This document shows, one piece after another, positions 1 to 13,632 of a stretch of 64,000 nt of DNA (position 1 is its first letter; each line of letters begins with the position of its first letter). The DNA is from Trichoplax sp. H2 (taxonomy: Eukaryota), in assembly GCA_003344405.1 (NCBI GenBank), contig NOWV01000016.1, positions 806,001-870,000 on the forward strand. Reading direction: 5' to 3'. The notes below the pieces were generated by a model. It had not been told where the DNA came from. It saw only the letters and a list, made by a program, of their open reading frames with translations, and did no database searches. Made by a program: the position numbers and the translations under genes.

Positions 1-1621
1 TTATAGTGATAAAGTAAAGTTTTACTTACATGATGATCGTCCTAATAAAAAAGCAAAAATTTCTACCGTAGTAATAATAACAATACCATATTCTATCACT
101 GTATTATTTGATAACAGATTAGAGGATCGATTATGTACAATTTTGTAAAGGATTGCTCACTTGATCAATGAGTTATATTCCATTACATATAACGGTGTGG
201 AAGGTAATGTAAGACTTTGTTAGAGTAATGATCGTTTTCCTAGAGAATCGAAATTTCTGTCTTTAAGCCAATAGTAATACTTTATTCTGTCGTTATGCAA
301 GTATTTAGCAGATCCAAGAACCGATTGTACGAATATATAATTGTATATACAGCCTTATGAGGGAATTTTAACTTTATCAATCCATCAGGACTCTACTTTT
401 TATAACAGATCGAGCAATTGGTGCAAGAATTCATTTGTAGTAAATAGTGACCATCCTAATATTATTATAAATAGATTAGTTTTAACGATATTTTCTTGTA
501 CATAAGCTATTAGTAATATCATATTCTATGGGTAGTATCATCATCATTATTATATTTAAAGAAATGGGTATCGGATCTTATCGGTATCATCTTATAATGG
601 TTGCGCGAAAATTTCTAATAAGAAAATCACGTCTACTAGTGTTTAACTGTAAAACTGAGACTTGCTGATTGCAACTTTATCATTAAGGCTATGTAACTAA
701 TCTGTCGTAGTGCATCATTCAGATGAAAAGAGATACAAAATAGACGACTACTTTTCATTTGCAGTAAATGGAATTAATATGGGTAAATTTCGTGGTGACG
801 TTTATAATACGTGCGATAATAAAGACCAGAAAATGTTCACTACTGCGAGCTTATGAATGCCTTTAGCCTAAACAGCCTACTGTATAATAAATAGTCTATT
901 ATCATCGTTATTACCTATTTCAGACGTATTTGTTCGACATGCCTTACTGATTTCAGGCCAAAATAACTATGAAGAAACTAGCTGATGTTTGCACGCCTAG
1001 CTGTACGCTATCAATACTAAATTTTGTCATATTTTCAGTATATCTCTGATCGCTAACGCTCAGTCATGACGGATAGGATGTAGACACCAACATATAAGAG
1101 CTCTCTTTGTATATTTTAAATCCTAACTTAATTTCCAATTCATTGCTAGATTTATATCAAGATTTAGGTATATTAATAATAATAAATAAATTATGCCAAT
1201 CAGTTGCTAATTCCATATAATCCTCTTTCGCAGTAAAATCTATTATAACAATCTGTGCCTCATTAGACAGCAGTTTATAGCTTCGATTTGTATGCTATGT
1301 TAATATTTGCTTCATTACGAATCAGTTGAAAATTTGAGGAATTATGTTATAAGCACAATCTGGTTAATGAGGCATACAATTTTTGTTTACTCTTAGTAAA
1401 ATAATGTAAATAGCATTTTAGGAATTTACTCAATTTTATTTATCTGGTCAAAAACAAGTAAATTACAAGCTTAATTATTAGAGTGTAATTCTATTAGTAT
1501 TGTCGTCGCAAATGGAATCAAATTACAAACTTTACTAGAGGGGATATTAATTGAATAAAATCCTAAAACAGATCTATCGGTATTCTCATCAAACAATGGA
1601 ATTACAACCTTGATGAAAAAA

Positions 1622-1843
1622 ATTCCCAAAATGGGTCTGTAAGCATTATCATCTTCTCCAAGAGAATCCAGTTGGAAACTCGATACAAAGCCGGGTATCA
1701 ACTACTAAATATCTAAATTGGATCTGAAGAAATTATAATCTTCTTACCAAGAATCGAGTTGTAAACTAGGCGGTAGAAGATGTCGAACTGAGTAAATTTC
1801 TAAAATAAATCTACAAGAATTACCATCTTCTCAAGAGGAATAG
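1622..1843 (+). pseudogene. Decayed 87-bp (29-codon) coding-like tandem repeat, about 2.5 units
   Basis: One frame reads IPKMGL*ALSSSPRESSWKLDTKPGINY* / ISKLDLKKL*SSYQESSCKLGGRRCRTE* / ISKINLQELPSSQEE*. The period is a multiple of 3 and there are several stops. Confidence 0.35.
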
Positions 1844-2064
1844 TAATACAAGGATCTCATAAGGAATTCAATTTAGGCTTAACGGGACCATGACTCAGTA
1901 CAGCCCTTGTTACACTTTCTAGTTTATCGTAACAATAATTTAATAGTCCAGTAGGGCTTGAGTACTGAACAATCACGAGTCCAATAGAGCTTAAGTACCG
2001 AACTAACTTTATTATGCGTTAGGAGCCGTTATATATAAGAGACAATTACCAGTAACGTGCAATA

Positions 2065-2275
2065 ACGGACATACCATGAATGTTAACGACAATCTTATCT
2101 TATTCATAATAAGATAACAACTTATTTTCCTAGATATGCTATCTAGGACTTAATCGTCATCATTACAGACACGGACGTACCATGAATGTTAACGACAATC
2201 TTATCTTACTCATAATAAGATAACAACTTATTTTCTTAGATATGCTATCTAGGACTTAATCGTCATCATTACAGA
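2065..2275. repeat. 106-bp tandem duplication (2 copies), each with two short hairpins
   Basis: 2065-2170 and 2171-2275 are near-identical, with 3 substitutions seen. Confidence 0.9.
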
Positions 2276-3232
2276 ACAACTGCAGAAATATACTGAATAA
2301 ACAAGCTTATTCAATATGATAGATCTTATCGATACTATGTCTACAACAATTGTATTATTTCGTAACAGTCCTTAAAAGAGTATCTGTGATAATATAATTA
2401 GAATATTTTAAATCTGTGTTACAATCGATCTAGCCCATAACCAAACTGTAAGAAAGGGTCATTGCTGATTATTTACTATATATATAAACTATTGCAAGAT
2501 ATTGAAATGAAAGTTGTAGATTCGAGTAACCGTTATGCTGTAATCTGAACTTAAGGTAATTAATTCGGCCATTCTCAAATGCCTTCGTATATTTCTTTGT
2601 CACATCGAATCTTTAAATACGACTAGCCATACTACTGTAATTTAAAACATATCTTATTTATTTAGTCAACTTTATACTAATCATACTCAAGTAGCTTGTA
2701 GCTTGCATACTGAGAAGGTCCATATTAATACCTTAAACGTGTTAAGCAGAGTCGCTATAGTAACCACTGATGTCCACTCCCATATTTGTTTCCACCTTCA
2801 TCTTTTATAGCTTTACTTTGGACCGTGTGAGAATTTTATCATCCTCATTGCAAATACATAAGTGTTAGGCAGTGTAAACTGTAAAGATATAGAATAAAGG
2901 TGTTAATGTATACCGATTAGTTGTAAAGGATACGATCGATATCGGATTCCTATTAAAAGGCCCGCTCTTTGCTTTCTAGTTCATTATAATTTTCTCGTCG
3001 GCAGTCTACAACCTCAACTATTAATAGTGAAAGGTATCAAAGCTTTCAAGCCGAGCTAACTGATTTGTGGAGAATTTATCGACTTTTTTGCCTTGTTTAA
3101 CCCCCACAGTACTAAACGGGTAAATAAACTTACTTATCATGTTCTATTACATAACTTAACGCATACTTATCTCGTAATACTCATACGCTATTGGTGCATA
3201 TTTCTATCTAGACTTATTAAAGGATACATAAT

Positions 3233-5983
3233 ATGGGATCTGAAGGTGCTGAAACTGGGTTTATCTCGGATGATAATTTAGCCAAAAATCGCACGCCTAA
3301 ACATACTCAGACAGGGGGTCCAATGATGCAGCGATTAAAGTAATGTCTTATTATTACTAATATAATTATAATTAAGATTGAAGGCAGTATCCGTAGAAAA
3401 GATGTCATCGATAGCCTTTTACTCGAGATGATTTAATTCGTCTTTTGTCCATCAATTTTTATTTCAAACCGAAAAGTTTCTATTCCAATCGTAGGCGGTA
3501 GCGAATTTATCGCTCTATTGGTATAAATCATGTTTAAAACTAGTGAATTAATAGAGCGAATCCTTATTACAATTTATATTTCGGTCACTAGGGAAGCATT
3601 TTTTTCTTTTACCTTCGATAAAACTCTAAGAAATGATCAAATGCTAAATTGAATCATTTAGCAATGTATATATATGTGTAGGATAAAGTAAGTTATACCA
3701 CACAAGATATTCTTTTTAATCAATATCTTTTTCTAGAAATCTCGTCATAATTCTCAGGTTTTATGGTCTAGCGATTTCGAAATTGACCAATTTATGATAT
3801 CTTTCTATGTTTAAATTTCTTTTATTAATTGTAAAGCTCTTACCTAGTACTGATTCAATTAGTATTTAAGTCACCAGCTAATCAATGGCTCTAGTTGTAC
3901 CGTACAATGCTAAGAAGGGCTTACTTAGTTTACTACTTTCAATAGGTTCCGAATTAATAACATACTAAACTAAAATCTGCTATAGTTATAATTTAATGGG
4001 AAAAAGACAATATTTTAGGATTATACGAGCACCATATCTACATTTTTCACAGGTATTCTGATTTGCAACCTGTAGCTATGATTTATAGCCCATTCTTGGT
4101 CACTTATAGTAAGAAGTCACGACTAAATTTTTTATAATGTCAGTTCTATCGTTCGCATAAAGCAGAAAATATTGCTTAATATGATTTATCGATTGGGGCT
4201 AGTTTCCCGAGTTGTTAGAAATACACTCTTACGTTTCAAAAGCATGAAAGATTAAATTGGATACCAAGACTAGCAGTATGCTCTAGAAATATCTTGACTG
4301 AGTACAGCTCCACTAATTTTAATCGTAAACGTTGAAATGCAACTTTAATACGCTTTTACTACGTCGTCAGGAGCTAGCTTACTGTATATTTTCAATCCTG
4401 AACTTGTTAACAAAAGTTAATTTCTATTCTGTTTCCTTTTGTTCCTCAGGTCTCCATTTGGCTTAAAAGTTACTTGGGCTTACTGTATAATTATGACCAT
4501 CATTACCTTAATCCTATTAATTGCTCTGGCGACAAGAAATGATGATAAATTTTACGGTATAACTTATATCTGATCAAAATAAGGCAAAGTAAAAATCAAT
4601 TGCGATCAATATTAATTGATAGTTATCGTTTGCTTGGTCTATTGAAAATTATTAGCTGAAGAGCGAATGGTTGCAGTACAATCAACACAAACTGTAACTC
4701 GCGGTATCAGTTTTGTCCTTCAAAGACAGAAGGCTAGTGGTGGATGGGCTAGTGTTTCCTTGACAGCTCAGGTAACTCTTGCAATCCGATTAGCAGGAGG
4801 ATTTAATCCAGCTATGATCAGGTATTATATTGTATTCTCTGCATATACTACATGAAATGAATGTGAAATGGAATAAGCATATTCTATAACTTCTTCTAAT
4901 CTATATATCTATTTGATATATAGATTATTCAATAATACCGCGAGTATTAAAGACTATCTTACTAAAGTTATACAGCAAAAGTATGTTTTACATGGAACAA
5001 CTCCGGCTCCAACACAGCAAGCTATTACTGGTGGCCAACTTGCTTATGTTATGCTAGCATTAAAAGCAATGTGCGTCAATACAAGTAAATTTGCCAATAT
5101 TAACTTAAATCAACAACTGGCACTTCGGTTAAAGAATCCAAACATTGACTTTAATCATCAATATCCTTATGCATTAGCGCTACTAACGTTATGTTTAAAT
5201 AACTACAAGAATACTTCGAATTTTGCTTTATTTTTAAGCGAACTTCAAGTACAGTCAGATGGTGGTTGGTATGATGTTGATTCGACATCGATGGCAATCA
5301 TGGCCTTGCATTGTGTTGGAGGCTATCAGAATGCTGTCCAACGTGCTATTCAATATCTACTAAAAAATCAAAATTCGAAAACTTTCCTATTTGGTAATGA
5401 ATATGCAACAGCTCATGCAATTCAAGCTTTATTATCAGTTAATGTTCCGATAACTACTTGGAATTATCCTGAAGTATTGCAATCATTATTTAAAATGCGT
5501 AAATATGATGGTACATTTGGACGTGTTGATAATACAGTTGCGGTTCTACCATCAATTACTGGTTCTACATTTTTAGATTTAAAAAGTGCAACTTGTAAAC
5601 CACCTAGTGGAGCTATTAATTCATCTGTTGTCACTATAGTCTACACTATTCGTTATAACTGCCCAACCCTTGACTTTGGAGATGAAACACCGCTGTCCAT
5701 ATCAGCTAAAGCGGGTAGCCCAATGTTAACATTTATGAAGATGGCAGCTGGTATGAGTAGTCGATTTAATTACACATTAAAATATCATGCAACATTTGAC
5801 GCTTATACTGTGGAAACAATCAACGGTATATCAAGTGATAGTAGTAGTAAATTGTGCTATTGGTATCTTCAATATGATGTCACTAAACAGGAAGTTCCAT
5901 TAGGTATATCTCATTTTATACCCAAGAACAACGATGAAATTTCATTCGTATATCGAAAACCTCAAAGTAGTAGTAAAAAATAA
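3233..5983 (+). CDS. Cobalamin-binding protein of the transcobalamin/haptocorrin/gastric intrinsic factor family, ~479 aa, probable N-terminal signal anchor. Exons 3233-3339, 4450-4556, 4656-4821, 4924-5983
   Basis: ORF 4913-5983 has alpha-barrel motifs (VDSTSMAIMALHC, FGNEYATAHAIQAL) and a C-terminal beta domain (YTVETINGI...YWYLQ...GISHFIPKNNDEISFVY) typical of the family. Upstream GT-AG exons join in phase: total 1440 nt, no stops. The last three exons are well supported; the first is inferred from phase only. Confidence 0.8.
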
Positions 5984-7119
5984 TAAATAGGAATATTCAC
6001 CATCACTCTTTTACTATTTGTATTGATATCATATAGTTGTCAAATTTTTAGACATGCATGGAAATTATAATACGCGTACTAATGAGCATTGTTGGGATTT
6101 GCTTGCCAAGTTTCATTCCATTTTTTTTAGTTGCTATCATTTTAACAAGGTAAATTTACAAAAATAGTGATATATATAGCATAAAACCCTCTTGCTATCT
6201 TCTCATCAAATGAAGCTTTCCATATAGCTAAATTTTATTTAATCGTATTTCAAAATATGTTACTACTGTCTATCATGCGACTATCTAGAGTTAAAATAAC
6301 TGGCAAGTATATTTGAATTTATAATGCATTTATATCTTACTCAGACTTTATATCCGATTCATTTAAACACATAATATTCTACTTTCAATTTCTTTTACTA
6401 ACCCAGGTAGGTATTACAGTACGTTTCTATATCTGATATTATAACTATTTATGGCTGTATTCATATTCTCGTATAAAAGAAATAAATTATTAGAAATATA
6501 GCGAATATTCTATTCGCTAGTGAGGAAAAAAGAAATGTATGAATGAACCCGATCCACCTTTATCAGAATTTCCGAGCACTTTCGACTACCAAGGCCTCAG
6601 CCATGGAAGTAAAAGCTTTTCTTTTACTTTTGCGGCCTCAACTAACAGTTGTACTGCAATGGTTAGTAAAGAAATATAACGAATTCAGGAATTAGCTATA
6701 AATTATTGCACAACGCACAAATCAACTATTTCAAAAAATGCAGTATAGTAATGAATGAATGACTGACATTACTATTACAGTAACACAATTATAAAATTAT
6801 AAAATCATAACTGAACTTATGATCATTATTTTCATAAGCCCACCTCATAATCTTAATGTTAATGTATAGAAATTTTTAAATCAGTTAATCTCCGTCTTTA
6901 AGGTGAATAAAATCCTTTATTCAGTCTTTAGCACAGATATTATAAGTAAACTATTAAATGACTTAAAAAAATTATGCGCCAGTCTGTGCAGACACTTCAA
7001 TGTCAACATTGGCTTTTCCCAATTAATAGTAATAACATGGCATTATTATAACCCCAAAAAAGTCAATCATATTGATTATGAAAAGAAACAGATAGAAATT
7101 GATTGAATGCCTTTATAAA

Positions 7120-10100
7120 TCAATCATATATTCCTTGAACCCGTTTCGACTTTGGATCGAAAGGTGATTGCAAATGTATATTGGCATCAAACTTATTACC
7201 AATACTTTCGATTTGATACTTTCCTGATTTTGCAAAATCTGCTGTGATAACTTGGCCTTCAGGGGCGCGAATATACCCATAACCAATACTCTTACCTAGT
7301 GCAAAAGCAAAGTCACTTCGGCGAAGGAATCCGACACATTCACCATTACGCCAAATTGTTTCTAATCCATGCAGCATAATGTGACTACAAGATAGCATAA
7401 AGATCAGCAATTTGAGTAAAAAATTTCTAGATATAGCAGCTTCCAAAATGATCGTGGTTGTCACACTATAAGAACTTTGCACTCACTCATCGACAGAGAA
7501 ACAATACAACTTCTTTTTCAATCCTTCACTTTTCTGCTTTTCTATAGCATCTCGACCAAAGAAATCTACATTGGACTTCAATTTGCAAGTAAAAGCTAAT
7601 CCAGCTTCGAGTGGTGTATCTTCAGGTCTGATATCAGCATGCCAGTGTCTAAAACCCTTTTCCAAACTTAATGTATCAATTGCCCTGTATCCTGAATTGC
7701 AGATATTATGTTCAGCACCCGCTTTCATAAGCGCTTCGTAGACAGGTACGCAAGAGTCTTTAGGAATATGTAATTCCCAGCCAAGTTCTCCAACAAATGT
7801 TGCCCGAATAGCTCTCACTTTATGACCTGCTATATCGATTATTTTATTGGTTAAGTATGGAAATGCGTCATTACTTAAGTCACTGGAAGTTAGCGATTCC
7901 AAAACTTTTCGGCTAGTAACGAATGTTAGAAATTAGAAATTAAACTATAGTCTGTTGTTATACATGTAATACATCATGAAAGCATGATAATATTATAAAA
8001 GATTAAAGGCATACCTTTTAGGACCTTGAACGCTTAACATGCCCACATCCTCTGATAAATCGATCAATCGACAATCCCATTTTTTATCTTCAACTATTTT
8101 TCTAATGTGTTCAAAACAGTAAGTAGCGACCGCTCCACCGACTGTGACATAAAATCCTCTCCCTACAAAATGATACATATTAACTCATATTTATATCCTG
8201 TTTGTGTCATATGCTAATAATAATATACATACTCTATCGATCAATTGTTTATTTTTACCGTCAAAATTAGGTGCAACAGATGATTTGCCATCCTCAGAAT
8301 CAATCATATTAATTATCATGTCGCCTTCAATTCCTCCTTTTTTGTTCAGCATGCATGTATACACGCTATTACCTATTTAACATAAGTTTAAAGCATTACA
8401 TTAAGCTAAAGCACATTTTAAAGGAAGACATACCATCCGCCTTAGTCATATCATTGCTGAAGATCCAATCAGCTGCTTTCTGGCTATCAGGCCCAAGAAG
8501 GTAAAATTTTCCAAAATATGACATATTAAAGACTGCGACGCTGTTACGACAAGTTAGACATTCTTCTTTGATCTAGAAAGTTTAAGTAACATTTAAAAGT
8601 AACTTAGTAGTTTCATGCTGAAGGTATTTGTAACTAATAATAATAAAAGGAAGTATTTTATTTATTGCTATTATCTGTAATGTAAACTTACTATATCATG
8701 ATGCTTGGTAAATTCGAAGGTATAGTCATATTCTAGTTTATCCCTATAGGGGTAGTTTTTATGTGCTTCATTACCATAGGAGCCGTAGTAATCGTAAGAA
8801 AATACCTAAAATGCAAGTGATACTGTAATTTCTGCCCGAGGAGAGAATTTAATCAACATATTACTGTATTATTGCAGTAATAAATCACCTCTGTGCCAGT
8901 TCCAGATTTGTCAAACCATGATGGTCTTTCCCATCCATGCTTTTCCTGATAGACACAGCCTGCATCTAAAAGGACTTGATGGAATGGATCCTTTCTCATA
9001 TTTCTACCAGCAAGGGGTTCATCTCGTGGAAAAACAAGGGCATAGTTTTTAGCATACGCTTCATGACTTCTTTCTTTAACCCATCTATTATTATTTGTCA
9101 TTGATGGCGCGAAGCGTCTGCAAGTTATTAGAGAGTGATTAATATAGAATTGGATGCATACAATGAAAGAAAGTGGCTATCATAAAGGAATATCATAACA
9201 CAAATCGTGATTAAATCTTTGTTGCCTGTTGTACGTAGTAAACTATGTAATAAACATCTCTGAAATAATTTTCAGTACTGAAATACCGAATATCATATCC
9301 AAACATGTCCAGATCGGGAGAACCATGCAAAATCCATTTGGCAAGCTCTCTTCCACAACCCCCACCTAACATCATTCCACTAGAATTGAATCCACATCCA
9401 AAATAGAAGCCTCGAACTTCATACGACTCTCCCATTAAGGGCTTATGGTCAGCAGTAAATGACTCTATATTAGGAATGTAGGATAGCGACATTAGTCCTT
9501 ACTTATGCTATTACATAAATAGATTTTGCACTTATCAATGTATGCATATCAAAAACATAGAATGAAATAGACATGTATGCTATCAATTAATAATGCACAC
9601 CAGGTCCACAGACTGTCGATTTTATGCCAGTTTCGGCTAAGATAGGCATGCGATTAACACACCCATCTACATGAGCTGCAAAAACATCCCAGTCCAATTC
9701 GTACAAACCAAAGGCAAAATCATTGGGAACCTAAAAAGGTGAAATGTTTAATAATATAAGCGATCTTTATTGAATTTAAAATTAACGTAATCTGCAATCC
9801 ATAGTACAATTAAATCGATGTGTGTTTATAACCGGATTCGAGTGTTGTTACAATTGATAACACATACGAAATAGTAATGAACAACAGCGATCAGAATGAA
9901 CTAAGACTTTGCAATAATAACTGTCATTACTAAAAGACGAAATCTTGTAGAGGGCAGCAGCTACGGTATGTACCTACATTATAACTACCTCAATTCAACT
10001 AATGCTAACCTATATAAGGATTAAAATTATTTATTGCTAGTTATTAAGAGTGGAATTGAATGATTAAATTAAATAGAGTCTAATTAAATTATTATCTATG

Positions 10101-12155
10101 CCATAGTCGTTAATGAAATACAAAGTGCACACGATATCCAATGATACAAGTTCTGCTAATTTTCTTACGTCAGTAAAAATCGGATCTGGTTCGTAACCGC
10201 CGAACGATATTGCATCTCCTTGAGTCTTCAAATAAACTGAAGAATCATGATCACGAATATTAGGTAAGTTATGCACGCCTTCAATCCTTTCAGTGACGAC
10301 ATAAGCATGTTTCATAGGTACAAGTGGGACAGTAACGCCGGCCAACTTTCCTAGTGCTGGAGCCCAAACACCACAACAGTTGACAACACAGTTGGTTTTA
10401 ATTTCACCATACTTCGTTTGGACACCAGTGACAAATGGTACACCAAAGTCGTTAATACTAGTTGCTATACCAGTCACAGGGCAGTTTTGTATGATCTAGT
10501 TTGTAATTTTTATGGTATTAAAGCATGTTTTAGAACTTGATAACTATCGGTAAGAGATTAATAATTAATTTATTGATATAAATGTAAACATCAGTCTTGA
10601 CTCTAACTTTTAAAATTCAATTTACGGTCGCCACACTGGTTATAACATGCACACTATCTTAAATACTATTACAATATTTCCACCCATATTAAACCATATT
10701 TGCGAGCAAACAATATTGAAATTTGAAAAACATATCTTAAAAAACTGCGGATAAAACTCTTAGGTATCGAAATAGATTATTAACTGAGTAGTAATATGAT
10801 TAACTCATGAGGTTGTAAATTGCAGCTGGAGGGCTGTGTGTATAAAACTTTTATCAAGTTTCTGAATACATCAAATTGCTATTTTAGACTGATCGCGTGT
10901 TCAAGATTTTATAGTAGGATTACTGTACAACCTATGCTATATACGTATTGATATACAGTATCTGGTAAGTATGCGGTAGCATAAAGTAATCATACATACG
11001 TTTACCTTCAATTGGGCAAATATTATAAATAATTATAATACTATCAAATAATACAGTTCAATAAGGCCACTAGTGGAATGAAGGTGATCACTCGGCTAAG
11101 ATCTGCACAAAGTTAGAAGAGAGGAGAGCATGATGTTCTTACCTTTGCACCCTTGTTTGATGCAGCTCTTGTTAAAGATGTTATAAAGCCAGCTGGATCA
11201 ATATCTCCATCACCTGGACTGTATAGAGCACCAAACATATCATCGACGTTCATTAGCGGATGAACATCTTTACTTTCGGAGGGTGATAGGACATAGGATT
11301 CAACACCAAAATTTTGACCGAGCTAAAGTAAGAATGAAATGTCATACGATTGTAATGCTGGAATAAGGCTGAGTGTCTGCCTGCATCATTGTTAGCTATG
11401 GCTGATTGATTTTTAACAGACTGTTGTGTACTGTAGTCTATTACAATAAATACTACAGACTAAGTGGGCAATTTGATTTCAGAAAGCGCCTTTGTCTCCA
11501 TCTTTCAACTACACTAGACTAGGTGTACGTCAATTACGAGTATAGTAAGCATCGTTTGGTGGATGGTAGTGTTGATGATGAAAGCATCATCATCAAACAG
11601 GCAAAAACAAACAATCCAATCAACATTTACGAAGGACAATTTAAGATCAATGCAGCCTAGGTTCTTTAGGAAATGAATTTATGATCGTCATACCGTCATC
11701 AATCTTTTATATTCATCCAATCTCTCCTTATTGGATGCAATGAACAAGCCACCTTTTTGAATCCATCCAGAGGAGATCCCCGTCTCTTCTTCTAGCGTAT
11801 GACTGACTAGTTGTCTGGTATAATTCAAAATATCAATTTCTTGATCGCTTGGGCGTAGACGCCAAACTAAACCAGCAGTATGCCAGGTTGTACCAGCCGT
11901 TAATTGATCTTTTTCAAGAAGAACAACATTAGTTGCGCCCATCTTGGCCAAATGATAGATGGTATTGGCACCTAATGAGCCACCACCAACTACCACGACA
12001 TCCGCCGATGCAGGTACCTTGATCGCTTGTTCACCTACTTGCTCTTTGAGCGTTTTATAAGGAACACCTTCCCCTACACCTTTACTATTCCATCGCACTC
12101 GATTCGATCGAGGCAAATAATAAGCTGGTAGGCGACGAGAGCACGTTCTCAACAT
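7120..12155 (-). CDS. SARDH: Sarcosine dehydrogenase, mitochondrial. 12 exons: 11694-12155, 11143-11322, 10169-10495, 9601-9730, 9287-9464, 8889-9117, 8692-8805, 8434-8572, 8259-8372, 8015-8162, 7487-7912, 7120-7384
   Basis: Arg/Ser-rich presequence, GGGSLG dinucleotide fold, TTWHTAG covalent-FAD His motif, [28 protein letters not shown] and a GcvT-like C-terminus ([22 protein letters not shown]). All introns are GT-AG and phase-consistent. Confidence 0.95.
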
Positions 12156-12652
12156 TCTTCTCTATATAGGATATCAGGCAAGTTGTCGATGTCAAAGCTA
12201 ATAAGGAAATACAAATCATCATTTCAAAACATGCTTAATATAAACATATTGATGGTTGACGACTCGGCGTTTTCACCATGATTGCATTCGAACCCAATCA
12301 ACTCCACTCGAACGACAAAGACTAAGTCCAAAATGAGTGCATAAGATACAACTAAAACACATGCAATCTAAAAGGAATGAAAACGATGCTAGAAAACTAT
12401 CTTACCTACCTGGAATGATCTTGCTAAAGTAGTGTAGGCGTGTAGGAAATGCGCAATAAAATGCGGCTCCAACAGCTTTTCCTTCACGTATTAATTCCCC
12501 AGCGGTTGTTGATGTTGATGTTTGCCCAAGTGGGTGCAGTGTGGATGATGAGGGTATAGCCGAAAACATGGCTTGGCAATATAGTGACGACTATCGATTA
12601 GGGGTGATAGACAAGAGTTGTATGGAGATTTTCAGGCCACAAAACAGCCCCA

Positions 12653-12672
12653 GTGTGTGTGTGTGTGTGTGT
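12653..12672. repeat. (GT)10 microsatellite upstream of SARDH
   Basis: Read directly from the sequence. Confidence 0.95.
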
Positions 12673-13067
12673 CAAAAGTGGCGTCATTTGCCATACCGGT
12701 GACGCTCAAGTGTGCACATTAGCCTTCCCAGCTACAGTACAATGTCTGCTAATTACAGTACTCAGTATTGTAGCCATCAGTCCAACGACTGTAGAAAGTC
12801 GCATATAGTCTCAGCCTGCCACGCCCCAACGGGAGTGACAGGTACTGTAATAATAAAGCAGCCAAACTGGTTTGCAGTTGACAATCAGGCTTGGATGGCA
12901 AGCTGCTGCATGGTCTGCTACAAGTTGAGCCAAGCAAATTGTTTTCCCAGTCCGGTTTAGCAAATTAATTCAATCAATCATTTGACAATAATGAATTGGA
13001 GGTGAATCAGAATTAGAATAATATTGATTGATTGATTGATGAGCCTAGCAGTGGTAATGACTCGATG

Positions 13068-13632
13068 ACATCAACGGTGCAAAGGACCTGTGGCATACCG
13101 GCTCGAGGCCGAGATGCGGATGGAGATTTCAATCATTTGATGTATTGCAAGCTGCTGCTATTGATCAGCATCTTGAAAGAGTGACACAGTGGAAGCGTAT
13201 GGATTAGCCCAAAATAGTGACTATTAGTAGTGCACACAGCTCTATACTGTCATAGAAACATCAACGGTGCAAAGGACCTGTGGCATACCGGCTCGAGGCC
13301 GAGATGCGGATGGAGATTTCAATCATTTTGATGTATTGCAAGCTGCCGCTGTTGATCAGCATCTTGAAAAAGTGACACAGTGGAAGCGTATGGATTAGCC
13401 CAAAATAGTGACTATTAGTAGTGCACAAAGCTCTATACTGTCATAAAAACATCAACGGTGCAAAGGACCTGTGGCATACCCGCTCGAGGCCGAGATGCGG
13501 ATGGAGTTTTCAATCATTTCATGTATTGCAAGCTGCTGCTGATCAACTTGAAAGAATGACACAGTGGAAGCGTATGGATTGACCCAATAGTGACTATTAG
13601 TAGTACACACAGCTCTATACTGTCATAGAACA
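13068..13632. repeat. Three tandem copies of a ~190-bp unit between SARDH and DTWD1
   Basis: ACATCAACGGTGCAAAGGACCTGTGGCATACC... starts at 13068, 13258 and 13449. The third copy is more diverged. Confidence 0.95.

Noticed and set aside
118-560. Exon-like AG...GT segments at the window start
   Set aside because: Stops in all frames and no recognisable protein.
3233-12155. B12-binding protein next to the folate-linked SARDH as a functional one-carbon cluster
   Set aside because: The genes are convergent with no shared promoter, and adjacency alone is not evidence.
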